Shown here: positions 12,754 to 34,948 of the stretch, in pieces
Position numbering within the stretch: the first letter of the stretch is position 1
Layout: every line of letters starts with the position of its first letter
DNA from: Hormiphora californensis
Taxonomy: Eukaryota; Animalia; Ctenophora
Length of the DNA: 64,000 nt
Direction: 5' to 3'
NCBI GenBank assembly: GCA_020137815.1
Contig: CM035350.1
Coordinates: forward strand, 1,116,001 to 1,180,000
Translations under genes and position numbers: made by a program
Notes under the pieces: model-generated
The model's input: the letters and a program-made list of their open reading frames with translations, nothing else
Database searches by the model: none
What the model was told of the DNA's origin: nothing

Positions 12754-13391
12754 CAGGGTGTTCATATGGGATCTTTACAAGCGTTGGGCTTCACCCAGAA
12801 AAAAGTTGATAAAATTAGCTTATGAAACTTCATACTTGGACTATTCTATACCCTCATTCAAGGTTCCTGGTGTTTCCGGAGCTCTAATACCCCTGGAAGT
12901 GTGTTTTTGGCATCAAAACCACCAGAAGGAATTTTTTGCTGGTGCTGAGACTTTGCTAAAATGTTTTTTGGGTATTTTCTATGTCAATTCCAAAGTTTCA
13001 TGATGATTGGATGTGTGGTTTAGTCACAAAGTTCCAAATAAACTGGCTAGAAAGGCCCAAAAACAGCTCAAAAACGACAAAAATTGATATTTTAGAGTCT
13101 TTCCAGGCAATTTTTTCGAAATTTTGAGTTCATCAAATCATCATGAAACTTTGGAATTGACATAGAAAATACCCAAAAAAACATTCTAGCAAAGTATCAG
13201 CACCAGCAAAAAATTCCTTCTGGTGGTTCTGATGCCAAAAACACACTTCCAGGGGTAGTAGAGCTCCGGAAACACCAGGAACCTTGAATGAGGGTATAGA
13301 ATAGTCCAAGTATGAAGTTTCAAAAGCCAATTTTATCAACTTTTTTCTGGGTGAAGCCCAACGCTTGTAAAGATCCCATATGAACACCCTG
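12754..13391. mobile_element. Tc1/mariner-type MITE with ~255-bp TIRs
   Basis: TA|CAGGGTGTTCATATGGG...CCCATATGAACACCCTG|TA. Confidence 0.9.
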
Positions 13392-14133
13392 TATATAAAG
13401 GCTGATCACCCTGATCAGTGACAACTGTTCCCGCGGCCACTGGTCAGGCATCAGGCATCAAGAGTCTGATAAGTTTTCAGCAGTTATCAAGCATTTGCAG
13501 TCATTAAAGCTGATTCCGAGAGAATCTCTCAGAGTTCCTAAAATAGATACCATGATCTCGCCGCACGGCACTTCCGTCTCTCAGGTAATGCATGTGCAAC
13601 AGAAAAGAGAATGCATGTATTGCATCATTTCCTTGGTCATCTTGGGGTGACGGTGCGTGTAACGTTTACTCCGCGCACTGCCCTTCATGCCTGTGTTGCT
13701 GCGCGTTACAGACCAGTGCATGGGGGGGGCAGGACGGCAGGTGTGTGAGAGGTGAAATGAGCTCTATAGATTCGGGTAAAAAAGTGATGAGCCTACACTC
13801 TATCTGGTAATTATCGGGGCACCGGTGTGTGTTATAGAGGAAGGGGGCTCTGAATAGACCTATGCTATGAATCAAAAGAGAGAGGTTGCAAAGAAATACA
13901 GATCGATTTATTTCTGTTACCAATTCAAATAATTTACAGACACATGACACGGGGAAATAAATAGTGATCTTTCTCTTTCGCTCTCCACTTTTGGAATACA
14001 TACAACATACACGCACTTTTCTACACACAAACAAACATAAAATTCCTCCCTCGCACACACACAGAAGCACACACACACACACACCCCAAATAAAACACTG
14101 TACATACAACACTGAACACATTTATATTGTTTC

Positions 14134-23111
<8,978 letters not shown>

Positions 23112-23924
23112 AACATCCTGTTAAACTATACATGTCGTGTTAGGATGATCAAGGAACTGATAACATTAGAAACCAAGAACACCTTGATCTGGTTCGTTGT
23201 TTCTCTGTTCTAGTGATGGTCACGAACTTGTAGTCCGAACTGCACTAGGTGGATGAGGGCGTCATGATTGGCGAGACAAATTGTATGTCGTCAGCAACAG
23301 GAGGTTGATTAATAAGGGGCGAGAAAAAAAGTGAACAAAGGGTAGAGAAAAAGAGTGAAACAAAACGATAGTTCTATAGAAAAAAAAGATAAAGACTAGA
23401 TTGAAGATAAATGCGAACGTATGACATAAAGAAATGAAGGGGTACACAGAAAGTTAAGTGGATTTTATAGCCAAATATAGTATAATTCAAGTATTAGGAA
23501 TCGTAACTGGTTGAGTTGAGAATATTCTTTGTTAAATGAGCAGAACGGAGAACCAATACGGCGATATTTTAATTTGTCTATCATTCACGTCAGAGAAATA
23601 ATTTAGTGATATTACGAATGTAGCCTGGATACAACGACGAGAAAGTGCAAGCCATTTTGTCCAACGGTTTGCCAAGAAAACAATACTCGACGATAAACAT
23701 CATTAAATGACATATTCTATCATTTATATCATCTCGTATGAGCTACACCCGTGTGTTTAATGTTCAATATAACTCATTGAATGAGTGTGTAAATTTTGTG
23801 TAATCGGGTTCTTAGCGATCAAAGAAATGAAGGTAAGTTTTGGTGCCAATTTTTCCGTGACCGACGCTCGTAAGACATTATTTTTTATTATTATTAAATC
23901 TAAAAATATATACATTGCATTATA

Positions 23925-24688
23925 ACGGGTGACAACTAAAAATCTGGACAATTTTCTGTGAGCTCTAGCGCCGGCCCCGCTTGAGATACAGCTTCAGGCC
24001 AGTGATAGAACGATTTTTCAGACAATTTTGAATCAGAATAACACAACTGGAAAAACTAAAAAGTTCATTTTCATTGCGATATCGCATCATTTCCTCTTGA
24101 CCCACCAAAGCATGTAGTACTTGAAATTTACACACTTTTCTAGCACCTCTAGCGCCTGTTATTTTTGAGATACAGCTTCGGGGCAGCGATAGAATGATTT
24201 TTCAGACGATTTTGAACGAAATTAACTTTGTTTCACACTCCGATAATCTCAATTCTAATCACAGAATCATCTGTAACAAACCCTTCAAAGCGTAGTTTAC
24301 AGGTAATTTGAGAAATCGCCATTTTGACGATTTCTCGAAACATTTATGACTTGGAAAACCAACTTCCTGATAAGCTAAATTGTTGAAACTTGGCAGTTAT
24401 GTTGGTTATGGCATGAACAACCATTATTTCAAATTTGAGAATTTTATGTCATCGGGAAGGTCGTTTCTGATCACACGGAAATCTCAAATCTCCGTACACA
24501 TGCTTTGGTGGGTCAAGAGGAAATGATGCGATAACGCAATGAAAATGAACTTTTTAGTTTTTTCCGTTGTGTTATTCTGATTCAAAATTGTCTGAAAAAT
24601 CGTTCTATCACTGGCCTGAAGCTGTATCTCAAGCGGGACCGGCGCTAGAGCTCACAGAAAATTGTCCAGATTTTTAGTTGTCACCCGT
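23925..24688. mobile_element. Tc1/mariner-type MITE with ~190-bp TIRs
   Basis: TA|ACGGGTGACAACTAAAAATCTGGAC...GTCCAGATTTTTAGTTGTCACCCGT|TA. Confidence 0.88.
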
Positions 24689-25115
24689 TAATCAACATAT
24701 ACGCCCCTTTTTGTGGGCAATTTGGATAGTCCTTTCTATTTAAAATGCAATGGTTAGAGTTCACTTAGCCACATTTGATGACCCCCTTAGGTACTAATCC
24801 AATAACGTCCATTCGGAGTATCTCGTTTTAGTTCTTTCAGAGTATCAACAAGAGATTTCCGCTCTCGCTGTTCGTATGGTGATAGGTCGGGAGAGAGAAA
24901 AACGGATGAAAACTTCTCTGAACTCTGTAGCTGCTTTGCTTTCCGAAGAAGCTGCAGCAAGGATTCTCTTCTTTCAAGGGTGACGATAACAGGTCTCGCT
25001 CGGTTGTGGAGGTCACGACAGGTTTCTCATTTAGCTCAGCAAAGATATCCTGAACTTCATGATCAGTAGCCCTGGCAGTTGGCATACGTTGCAGGCCCCT
25101 TATAATATAATATAA

Positions 25116-25610
25116 GGGGCCTGGAGGGAATACCGCGCTAGGGGGGAATACATAATCAATCATATCTCCGGTTCCAGATAAGGTACAGAAATCGTTTTGG
25201 TAGCGTTGGAAAGAGAAAGATAACAGCTTTCAAATGCAACCGGTTGCAGGTCTCTATCTTATCAGGAACAGAAGATATGAACCAAACTCCGCAAAATCGA
25301 GTGCGGTAAAATAAAAAATTCGAGATTTTAATTCAAATTTGAAACAAAGTGTCCCTGCATGGACCTGTGACGTCACTTTTTGAAAACAACCAATCTTTGA
25401 ACGGTTATTGCTCAGCCTCCTGAAGTCCAATTAACTCCTCTCAAAAACAGCAAGGTAGATAATTGTCAGATCTAACAGCTAGTGAAAGAATCAAGTCAAA
25501 CGGACTTCAGGGGCCAAAGTTATAAGCACCGCCGTTTTTTCGCTCGCAAAGTTATTTTCGACCCAGCCGGGCTCAGGCCAAACGCGCGCGCGGCATTCCC
25601 TCCAGTCCCC
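25116..25610. mobile_element. Possible non-autonomous element bounded by a 23-bp imperfect inverted repeat
   Basis: GGGGCCTGGAGGGAATACCGCGC vs GCGCGGCATTCCCTCCAGTCCCC; no clear target duplication. Confidence 0.45.
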
Positions 25611-26248
25611 TCGTTGCGGGGGTGCGCGCATGAGGGGGCTGCAGCGCATTCCAACCCTGGCAGTGGTTTCTGGAAGCCCAAATAAAACCAAATTCAGCTT
25701 TCTATCCGGAGTAAGACAACTAACACTTTAATTAACTTAACTCCACTAATACTTAAAGTGTTTAAAGATACTTTTTCCATGATATGCATCGTGTAAGACT
25801 TCTGGAGGCCTGCTTGCGAGTTGCGAGGCTGAAGGGAGAAGAAGAAAAAGTTCTCAAGAAAAATTTCAAAAGTTCTGAAAATATTTTTTCTAAAAAAGCT
25901 ACAACGCGCAAAGCAGCGCTGTTTAAAAGTTTCTGCCGCCGCCGATTAACTGTCGCCGCGCAGAAAATGTGCGAATTAAAAGTTCAGAACTTGAAACTTG
26001 AAAAATATGAACGCGAATTTAACAGCAGCCGAGGCCCCGAAAGTTATCAGCTTATCCTGAGCTGCTCAGCCTCAGGCCTCAGTTAAACAAATTGAAAAGT
26101 GCTGTCTTATCCCGCACTTCGCATCTCAATGGGGTTTGTAGCAATATCCAAGTAATCAAATTTTTCACGGCCCGATTTTGTCGCCTATCGTACTTTATCT
26201 CTCCGGTCTCTCCCCCCCCCCCAACCCGTTTTCCATTTTGTAAGCGAT

Positions 26249-26806
26249 ATGGCGATATCTCGATATTTAAAAAAGTCGAAACTTTTCTATGGATTTATCA
26301 ACGTTGCATTCAATCATTACGACAAGGAGAGAGTTAATAAAATAGGTCCTGATGCTGCGGCAGCCGAATGGCTTCTGAAAAATGAGGGATCAGTTAGAGG
26401 CAGGGGATTCAGTACATGGATAGAGGACTACAGCGGAGTTTCTGTCTGTTACACCCCCTCATTCAAAATAGCACAGATTAAAGCAGTGGATGCCGATATT
26501 ACCTCTGGTGGTTGTGAACATTTCAAAGGTTTAGATTACCTCCAATCAGTTACCCTCACCGGCTGTGTCAATATTGGGGACCATGGTCTACAGTTGATCT
26601 GTAGATATTGCCACAAGACTGTGGAGACCATTGATGTCTCCGGAACTGGGGTGTCAACATCTGGACTAAAACATTTACTTGCCTGTTCAAATCTCAAGTC
26701 GCTGACGCACGATCAACGGCTATGTTATTCAAATGAACAATTGTACAGCGAAACTTTGAAGGAGTTGAAAGAATTGAATAAGGAGTTAGAAGTTGTTGTT
26801 TTGTGA
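26249..26806 (+). CDS. ATP5S: ATP synthase subunit s / factor B-like mitochondrial LRR protein, single exon
   Basis: FYGFINVAFNHYDKERVNKIGPDAAAAEWLL resembles the factor B motif FWGWLN.VFN..D..RI...GPDRAASEWLL, followed by LRR-like repeats. Confidence 0.85.
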   Translation: MAISRYLKKSKLFYGFINVAFNHYDKERVNKIGPDAAAAEWLLKNEGSVRGRGFSTWIEDYSGVSVCYTPSFKIAQIKAVDADITSGGCEHFKGLDYLQSVTLTGCVNIGDHGLQLICRYCHKTVETIDVSGTGVSTSGLKHLLACSNLKSLTHDQRLCYSNEQLYSETLKELKELNKELEVVVL

Positions 26807-26876
26807 TTACATTATTGTTCGTCTGACTTAACCCAATCCTGGAAAACTATTCCTCAAAATAATCCCTTATATAGCA

Positions 26877-28458
26877 ATGACAACGCGGCCCCTGCCCGTT
26901 CAGCCACAGTTCAAGGAAGGGAGTGACGAAACTCCAGTGAAGGGGGACAAGAAGAAAGGGCGTAGGAAAAAAGCAGATCCTGCAAAGTATGATGATGGTG
27001 ACAAGGTAAACGTTTTTCCTAACTGTTTTTCATTAATTACTTTTCAATCAAAAAGTTATTCTTCAGCGCAAGTCACACCCTAAATCCCTATCAGGGTGAA
27101 GACACGTATGACGAGTATTACGAGCCATGAGCTAGTTGAAATGAGTGGAGGGTTTACATCCTAAACTGGGAGACAGTGTGGAGCCACTGAACAGTCAGGC
27201 AGCAGCTGAGGCAGCGGCAGATTTGGCACTCAGTGCCATCAGATCGGGACGAAGACACAAGAGCACTCCCAAACACCATGATTACGAGAAGATTCACACA
27301 TCAGACAGAATGCCAAGGTAAGTTACACATTCAAGGAATTAACTCGTGGTGTAATGTTCGTTGTAGAATGCTCATTACCAATATTTCCCCCAGTCCATCG
27401 GGTAGGAGGGCAGCAGCCAAGATCAAGAGGATGTCCCAGGAGGTTAAGAACTGGAAGGAGGTGGTAGTGGATGGGGATCAACAGGGCCAGATAGTGCACC
27501 ATGAGGGCCGTCTACCTCACACCTCATCCCCCAAATCTGGGGCTAGGAAAAAGAAACCTAAAAAGAGGTAAGATAGTTCTTTCATCCTCTATCTCTGGCC
27601 ACAAACCCTTTCCACTGTTATTGTTTCCTTTATAAACACTCCATTCTCTACCAGGGACAGGCCAGGTGCAGTGTCAGCGTATGAGGAGAGTGGGTTAGAT
27701 GCCCTGATAGACGAGGCAGATGTCATATCCCATGTCCCTGAGAAGGGAGCGGGGGATGACGCCCCTAAGATGGGAGGTGTTAGTGCTGGGGTGGTGTACC
27801 ATGAGAAGGATGATGGCACTGGGTTCGTCAGGAAGAATGTGAACGATCAGGAGAGCACTGTGAACCTGGTCGAGAGGAACACAATTATAGAGTTGTCCAC
27901 ACTGGATGTTTCATATTCCCTCCAAAACTGGTTCTTTGTATTCTCCCTCTTTATCCACGGTCTTCTAGCTGGTTTTGCCGCATGGCAGACCCTCCAGATC
28001 TACATTGAGAACAAGTCCTAACCTGGACTTCCTGACTGAGTACAAGAGTCTCGCCTGGCCAGCTGCCAGCGCTTACTTTGTGTGTACCTGCTATCTGTAC
28101 AGTCAGTTCCCTGGATATTCTGGAGGTCGCCCTGTCACATTCCAAAGAGGACATCCTAGGAGGTCTCATTCGGTTCCCTACCCACACCCTCACAGTCTCA
28201 TTCTATGTGTTAGCACTCATTCTCACATGTGGTTTAGCATCTATTGATGACAAGTTGTCTCTCTACTCCATTGATAACTCTCTATGGGAGGATGCTGCAA
28301 GTGATATCCAGATGTGGAAGATAATCAATACTCTCAGGATGTTCTTCTCTGTCCTGGGTTTCCTGTTGCTGTGTTACTGTTTCTTGTTCTCTGTGCGACC
28401 CACTAAGAAGGTTGTACATAATAACACCCAGATTATCAGCACACCTTTCAGAAGTTAG
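26877..28458 (+). CDS. TMEM237: TMEM237-like ciliary transition-zone membrane protein (multi-exon, frameshifts near 28020 and 28080)
   Basis: Basic, disordered N-terminus then four hydrophobic segments including SLFIHGLLAGFAAWQ and FLTEYKSLAWP, matching the TMEM237 pattern. Confidence 0.72.
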
Positions 28459-28915
28459 GACACTGTTGTGGAGGTACACATTGTAAATACAGTAGATAAA
28501 CTATACATTTAGTGAGAGAGGGAGATTCAGAGAGAGTGAGGTATTGTCTCTCTAGTTAGTAGAGAAGTGTGATGTTGACTGGTTCACGACTTTTAAAGGG
28601 CTGTACAGGGTTTCACAGAGTGATTATCTTATTTTGACTGAGAGTGCTGCCGCAGAGAGAGTGTGGAGTTTATAACATGATGTCACATATATTCAAGTGT
28701 TTATTTTTGTACATTACATACACCATATTATATTATGCCACGTTTCAGAACTGTGTCTATACAACTACTACTACTTCTCTCTCCCCCGTGTCTCATCAAT
28801 CACCCTCTACCCCCGCTTTTTACCCCAATATCTCTTCCCCCATGCTATGTCGACCCCACTTTTTACTACTATCTGTTCCCCACCTTTTACCACACTCCAT
28901 GTTGTAGCTAGTCCG

Positions 28916-31900
28916 ATGGGAGGGGAGAAGCGACCAGTAGAAGAGGAGCTCAGTGATGAGCTGACAATAACACCCCTGGGAGCTGGCCAGGAGGTCGGCA
29001 GATCCTGTATCCTACTCCAATTCAAGGGCAAGAGAGTACTGTTAGATATTGGTATTCACCCTGGTCTATCTGGGTTAGAGGCACTACCCTTTATTGATGT
29101 TATTGATACCAGCCAAATTGGTAAGGGACCAGGCTGGGAGTTGTGTGATTAATTGATATTACCATTACTTCCATTAATTTTGTGTTGTAAGACAGCACCC
29201 CCTAACATCATTCTCTCCCCAGATCTCCTTCTGGTGTCACATTTCCATCTTGACCATTGTGGGGCACTACCCTACCTACTGGAGAAGACTAGTTTCAAGG
29301 GTCGCACCTTTATGACCCACGCTACTAAAGCCATCTACAAGTGGCTACTGGCTGATTACATCAAGGTCAGTTCCCCAGAATAATACTTGTTGAATATTGA
29401 ACTGTAATTTGTCCATAATTGTGAGTTTTAGATGTACACGTGAGTAGTGAGTACCCCAAAAAGTTGTAACAGTAATGAGTCCCCAGTAAAATTTACCATA
29501 TTAAATCTTAACTCACTAGGTCAGCAACATCACATCCCCCTCCCACTAGGTCAGCAACATCACATCCCCCTCCCACTAGGTCAGTAATATCACATCCCCC
29601 TCCCACTAGGTCAGCAACATCACATCCCCCTCCCACTAGGTCAGCAATATCACATCCCTCTCCCACTAGGTCAGCAACATCACATCCCCCTCCCACTAGG
29701 TCAGTAACATCACATCCCCCTCCCACTAGGTCAGCAACATCACATCCCCCTCCCACTAGGTCAGCAACATCACATCCCCCTCCCACTAGGTCAGCAACAT
29801 CACATCCCTCTCCCACTAGGTCAGTAATATCACATCCCCCTCCCACTAGGTCAGCAACATCACATCCCCCTCCCACTAGGTCAGCAACATCACATCCCCC
29901 TCCCACTAGGTCAGCACCCAGTGCCCCGAATTTCAGAAATCTAAAAAAATATTTTTCTATGCCTTCAGCTAGGCTGCAAGATTCTATTCGCTAGGCTGCA
30001 AATTTTTGCTCGGTCTCGGCTGCTACGCAGCCTCGACCTCGCGACGTACGTCAGCATCGTAGAAGTTGGGCTAATAGAGAAAAAAAGTACCATTTTCGGC
30101 GCAAAATCATCGTGCAGCCCAGAATAGGAAAATTTCCTCAAAATTTTCTGCAGCCGGGCTGCAAGAATTTCGACACCGAAATACATATGTATTTCACACT
30201 CTAATGAGGGGGATGGATATGTGACACCATTCTGGGACGCCCTGTTAGAGCATTGGCCTGACAGGGGACGCCTAATTAGCAAAATCATCGTGCAGCCCAG
30301 AATGGGAAAATTTCCTCGAAATTTTCTGCAGCCGGGCTGCAAGAATCTCGACACCGAAATACGTATGTATTTCATACTCTAATGAGGGGGATGGATATGT
30401 GACACCATTCTGGGACGCCTTATTAGCACTGTTAGCCAATACGGGATATATATACACAAGTGATTCGGGGAAGCTTATATTTCATATTTATATTTTCTGC
30501 AGCCCGGGCTGCAATATCAGTCGAGGTTATTTTATTTAGGCTGCAAAAAATCAGTCAGGCTGCAAATATTTGCTCAAAAAATTACACGGGTTTGCAATAT
30601 CGGGGCACTGGGGGTCAGCAACATCACATCCCCCTCCCACTAGGTCAGCAACATCACATCCCCCTCCCACTAGGTCAGCAACATCACATCCCCCTCCCAC
30701 TAGGTCAGCAACATCACATCCCCCTCCCACTAGGTCAGCAACATCACATCCCCCTCCCACTAGGTCAGCAATATCACATCCCTCTCCCACTAGGTCAGCA
30801 ACATCACATCCCCCTCCCACTAGGTCAGTAACATCACATCCCCCTCCCACTAGGTCAGCAACATCACATCCCCCTCCCACTAGGTCAGCAACATCACATC
30901 CCTCTCCCACTAGGTCAGTAACATCACATCCCCCTCCCACTAGGTCAGCAACATCACATCCCCCTCCCACTAGGTCAGCAATATCACATCCCTCTCCCAC
31001 TAGGTCAGCAATATCACATCCCCCTCCCACTAGGTCAGCAACATCACATCCCCCTCCCACTAGGTCAGTAACATCACATCCCCCTCCCACTAGGTCAGCA
31101 ACATCACATCCCCCTCCCACTAGGTCAGCAACATCACATCCCCCTCCCACTAGGTCAGCAACATCACATCTTCCCTCCCACTAGGTCAGCAACATCACAT
31201 CCCCCTCCCACTAGGTCAGCAACATCACATCCCCCTCCCACTAGGTCAGCAACATCACATCCCCCTCCCACTAGGTCAGCAACATCACATCCCCCTCCCA
31301 CTAGGTCAGCAACATCACATCCCCCTCCCACTAGGTCAGTAACATCACATCTTCCCTCCCACTAGGTCAGCAACATCACATCCCCCTCCCACTAGGTCAG
31401 CAACATCACATCCCCCTCCCACTAGGTCAGCAACATCACATCCCCCTCCCACTAGGTCAGTAATATCACATCCCCCTCCCACTAGGTCAGCAACATCACA
31501 TCCCCTCCCACTAGGTCAGTAATATCACATCCCTCTCCCACTAGGTCAGTAATATCACATCCCCCTCCCACTTTTGCAACCACATCTTCCCTCCCACTAG
31601 GTCAGTAATATCTCCACTGAGGACAGGGGTGTTCTCTATACAGACAAGGATCTGGACAACTCTCTCGATAAGATTGAAACCCTCAACTTCCACGAGGAAA
31701 AGGAGGTACTTCTGTCTGTACCATAAACAGTCATGTCAAGTACTGTCTGGTTCTATCATGCAGTTCACAGTTGTTCACATTTTAATAATTTCCCTATCAG
31801 GTTAATGGTATCAAGTTTTGGAGCTATAACGCTGGTCACGTGCTGGGGGCGGCGATGTTTATGATTGAAATCGCTGGAGTGAAGATCTTATACACAGGTA

Positions 31901-32594
31901 GATATACCAAGAGATATATAGAGATTATATTAGAGAACCAGAAGGGGTTAAAAATGATATCTTAATGAGAGGGGAGTGGTACTTTGTTTTTCTTTCTCTC
32001 AACTCCCAACCTCCTCCCAGGTGATTTCTCCCGAGAAGAGGACCGTCATCTGATGGCTGCAGAGGTTCCCAATGTCCGTCCTGACATCTGCATTATAGAG
32101 AGCACGTACGGAACCCACATCCACGAGAAACGAGAAGTGAGGGAGGCTCGGTTCACCCAATCTGTCCACGAGACCATTAAAAGGGATGGAAGATGTCTGA
32201 TTCCCGTGTTTGCCCTGGGTAGAGCCCAAGAGTTGATGTTGATTCTAGATGAGTACTGGGAGGCACATCCTGAGCTACACGATGTACCCATTTACTATGC
32301 ATCATCCCTCGCTAAGAAATGTATGGCTGTTTTCCAGACATATGTTAACGCGATGAATGAGAGGATTAGGAGGCAGATATCCATCAACAACCCTTTTGTG
32401 TTCAAACACATCAGTAATCTGAAGAATATCGACCAGTTCCAAGACATTGGTAAGTATTGTTGTATAGTGCAGCAATATACAGTCAGCACTGTGTGTGGTA
32501 CATTTCACACGCATTTACATGTAGCATGAGAATATTATGCATAAAACGATGTCCTCTATCTCTATACTTCTCTCTATATTTCTCTCTCTCTCTC

Positions 32595-32684
<90 letters not shown>

Positions 32685-34697
32685 CTCATTAAAGAATGGG
32701 TGTGTTATGTAGGCGCGATTTGAATTACAAGTCTCTCTCTAGCTTGCTCCTCCCTCTGACCAAAACAAGGTCCTACCTTCATTCATCAGTAGGCCCTAAT
32801 AACCCAACAATATTTCTACACGTTCACCTCCCCCTCCGCCGTTATATATGTGAGAGTGTCTATTTTCTTTTCCGCTCAGGAAAGATTCTCTCAGTGCCTC
32901 TCCCAGGTCCTCTCTCCCCTAATACTTACTTTCCTTCTTCCCCTGCCAGGTCCCTCAGTGGTAATGGCATCTCCAGGTATGCTCCAGAGTGGTCTCTCCC
33001 GGGAACTATTTGAAACATGGTGTCCAGACCCCCGTAACAGCGTCATCATTGCTGGGTACTGTGTCGAGGGTACCCTTGCCAAGATGATCATGTCTGAACC
33101 AGAGGAGATAGTATCTGTAACAGGACAAAGACTACCCCTGAAGTGTTCTGTGAACTACATTTCATTTAGTGCACACACTGACTACAATCAGACCAGTGAG
33201 TTCCTAATGTTGTTGAAACCAGCCCATATTATCCTGGTACACGGGGAGCAGAGTGAGATGCAGAGGCTGAGGACCGCTCTAAAGAGGGAGTATGAGGATA
33301 CACCTGATCCTGCTGAGATATTTGCACCTGCTAACAATGAGGAGATCGTGCTGAACTTCAGGGGAGAGAAAATGGCAAAGGTAGCTATGTCCTTGTTGGT
33401 AACTGTCATTGTTTTTTTCTGTTTTTTTCTCGCGTTCTTAGTGTCAGGTAGCGGAGGTAGATCCATGCACTATTTTAATTGTTTTCCTATTTACACCATG
33501 TTTAGCCAATGCTACAATTTACCTCTCCCCCACCCCTAGATTGTGGGTAGGCTGGCGGCTAAGAAGCCTAAAGCAGGAGACAAGATTAGTGGAGTGTTGG
33601 TAAAGAGAGGATTCAACTATCATATTGTCAGTCCAGACGAGTTGGAACATTACACAGACCTGAAACAGGGTGTTGTCCTACAGAAACAGGTGACACTTGG
33701 GTCTTGGGAACACTGAACAGATTGTAATGTGGTCATGTATCTGGCATTCTGTATAATATGGCAGTCTAAATTAGTTACCACCAGTTGTCAATAACAAACC
33801 ATCCCCTTCTTCCCCAGACGATCCCGTTCACTGCCCCCTTCTCCCTTCTTCATCACTGTCTCCAACAACTTGCTGGCACTGTTGAACAGAGTGAAAAGGG
33901 AAGCCGGAGTTGCCTGAAAGTGTTTGAAAGTGTGAGTTCGGGGGTATTTAGGTTGTATAAGGATGACATTGCGATCATGCCTTGAATTCTCTAGTTTTTT
34001 TGAAAAGTTACAAAAACTCGACAACTTCCGAGTTCGTTCACTATGTTTTGTTTAGGTGACTGTACAGCAAGAACACAACAAGATATCGATTGAGTGGGAA
34101 GGAAGTGAGATGGGGGACATGTATGCCGATGCTGTTCTCACATTGTGTCTCCAAATTGAGGCAAACCCCCAGGCTATAAAACAGAGCTCTCTTCGTAGTA
34201 TCACAAAGGTACAGAACCAGTTTTATAAACCTCACATTTAACAAAATTACTAGGTATCCCATCCACCACAAGTGTTCTAACTCCCCCTCCCCAACTCAGG
34301 GCCAAGACAAGAGTTCGTTTGAGGATCGAGTTGAGAAGTTGATGATAGAGCTGTATGGAGAGGATAATGTTAGCTATCAACCGAAACTAAAATACATTAC
34401 AGTCACCCTGGACAGCCACAAAGCAGTCATCAACCTCAAATCTTACACAGGTGAGACATCATAATTCTTAGCAGTCTAAGTGTACGAAGTCACCCCTATT
34501 ATTGCGTGAGCTTTCGCGGAGGGGTAATTTCATTACCAAGTGTACAACTTAGATAATAGGTAGTACATCGTTAAACTACCTTCCCCCTTCCAGTGCAATG
34601 TGCGAACGAGTCTCTACACCAGATGGTATCTTCAGCAATACGGCGACTTCACAACGCTCTTACACCCGTCAATGTTCCGATAATACCCGCCACGTGA
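28916..34697 (+). CDS. CPSF3: Cleavage and polyadenylation specificity factor 73 kDa endonuclease (MBL/beta-CASP), ~11 exons
   Basis: [78 protein letters not shown]. Confidence 0.97.
29514..31612 (+). repeat. 30-bp minisatellite (~45 units, GTCAGCAACATCACATCCCCCTCCCACTAG) filling CPSF3 intron 2
   Basis: Direct reading; two blocks (~29514-29916 and ~30613-31571) plus the real acceptor at 31600, which shares the unit sequence. Confidence 0.97.
29917..30612. mobile_element. Non-autonomous DNA transposon inserted in the 30-bp array
   Basis: TIR CCCAGTGCCCCGA / TCGGGGCACTGGG with 8-bp duplication GGTCAGCA; internal direct repeat with ~180-bp period. Confidence 0.85.
32581..32680. repeat. (CT)n microsatellite in CPSF3 intron
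   Basis: Direct reading. Confidence 0.95.
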
Positions 34698-34948
34698 GAT
34701 AGACAAATATAACCTGCCTATTATAAAGTAGTCTATATTGGATGGAGAGAGAGACTAGGTGTTTGACAAGGTTGATTGCACCCCTATTTTAACTATTTAT
34801 TGTTGTTTTTTCTTATTTTAACGTTTTTACAACAGACTCTTGTATTGATTTATTGAACTCTTACATACATTTTCAAAACACCGTTGTTTTACTATCTCTC
34901 TCCTCTCTACAAACCCCCTAACCCCTCTATTTACCTGTCTAGCATTCT

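Noticed and set aside
13400-13600. Possible SL RNA or other ncRNA (CAG|GTAATG, CACTTCCG motif)
   Set aside because: No Sm-site or stem-loop pattern that I can support.
13666-14121. Cys/Val-rich ORF and similar ORFs at 20086, 32457, 38476 and 62989
   Set aside because: Derived from (CA)n, (GA)n or CT-rich low-complexity sequence, except where they overlap a true exon.
24837-25163. 108-aa minus-strand ORF in the divergent region
   Set aside because: No recognisable domain and its start overlaps a repeat; cannot be supported as a gene.
29508-31184. Repetitive ORFs ([10 protein letters not shown] / [10 protein letters not shown]) and a CRISPR-like appearance
   Set aside because: Translations of an intronic minisatellite; no unique spacers and no cas genes.
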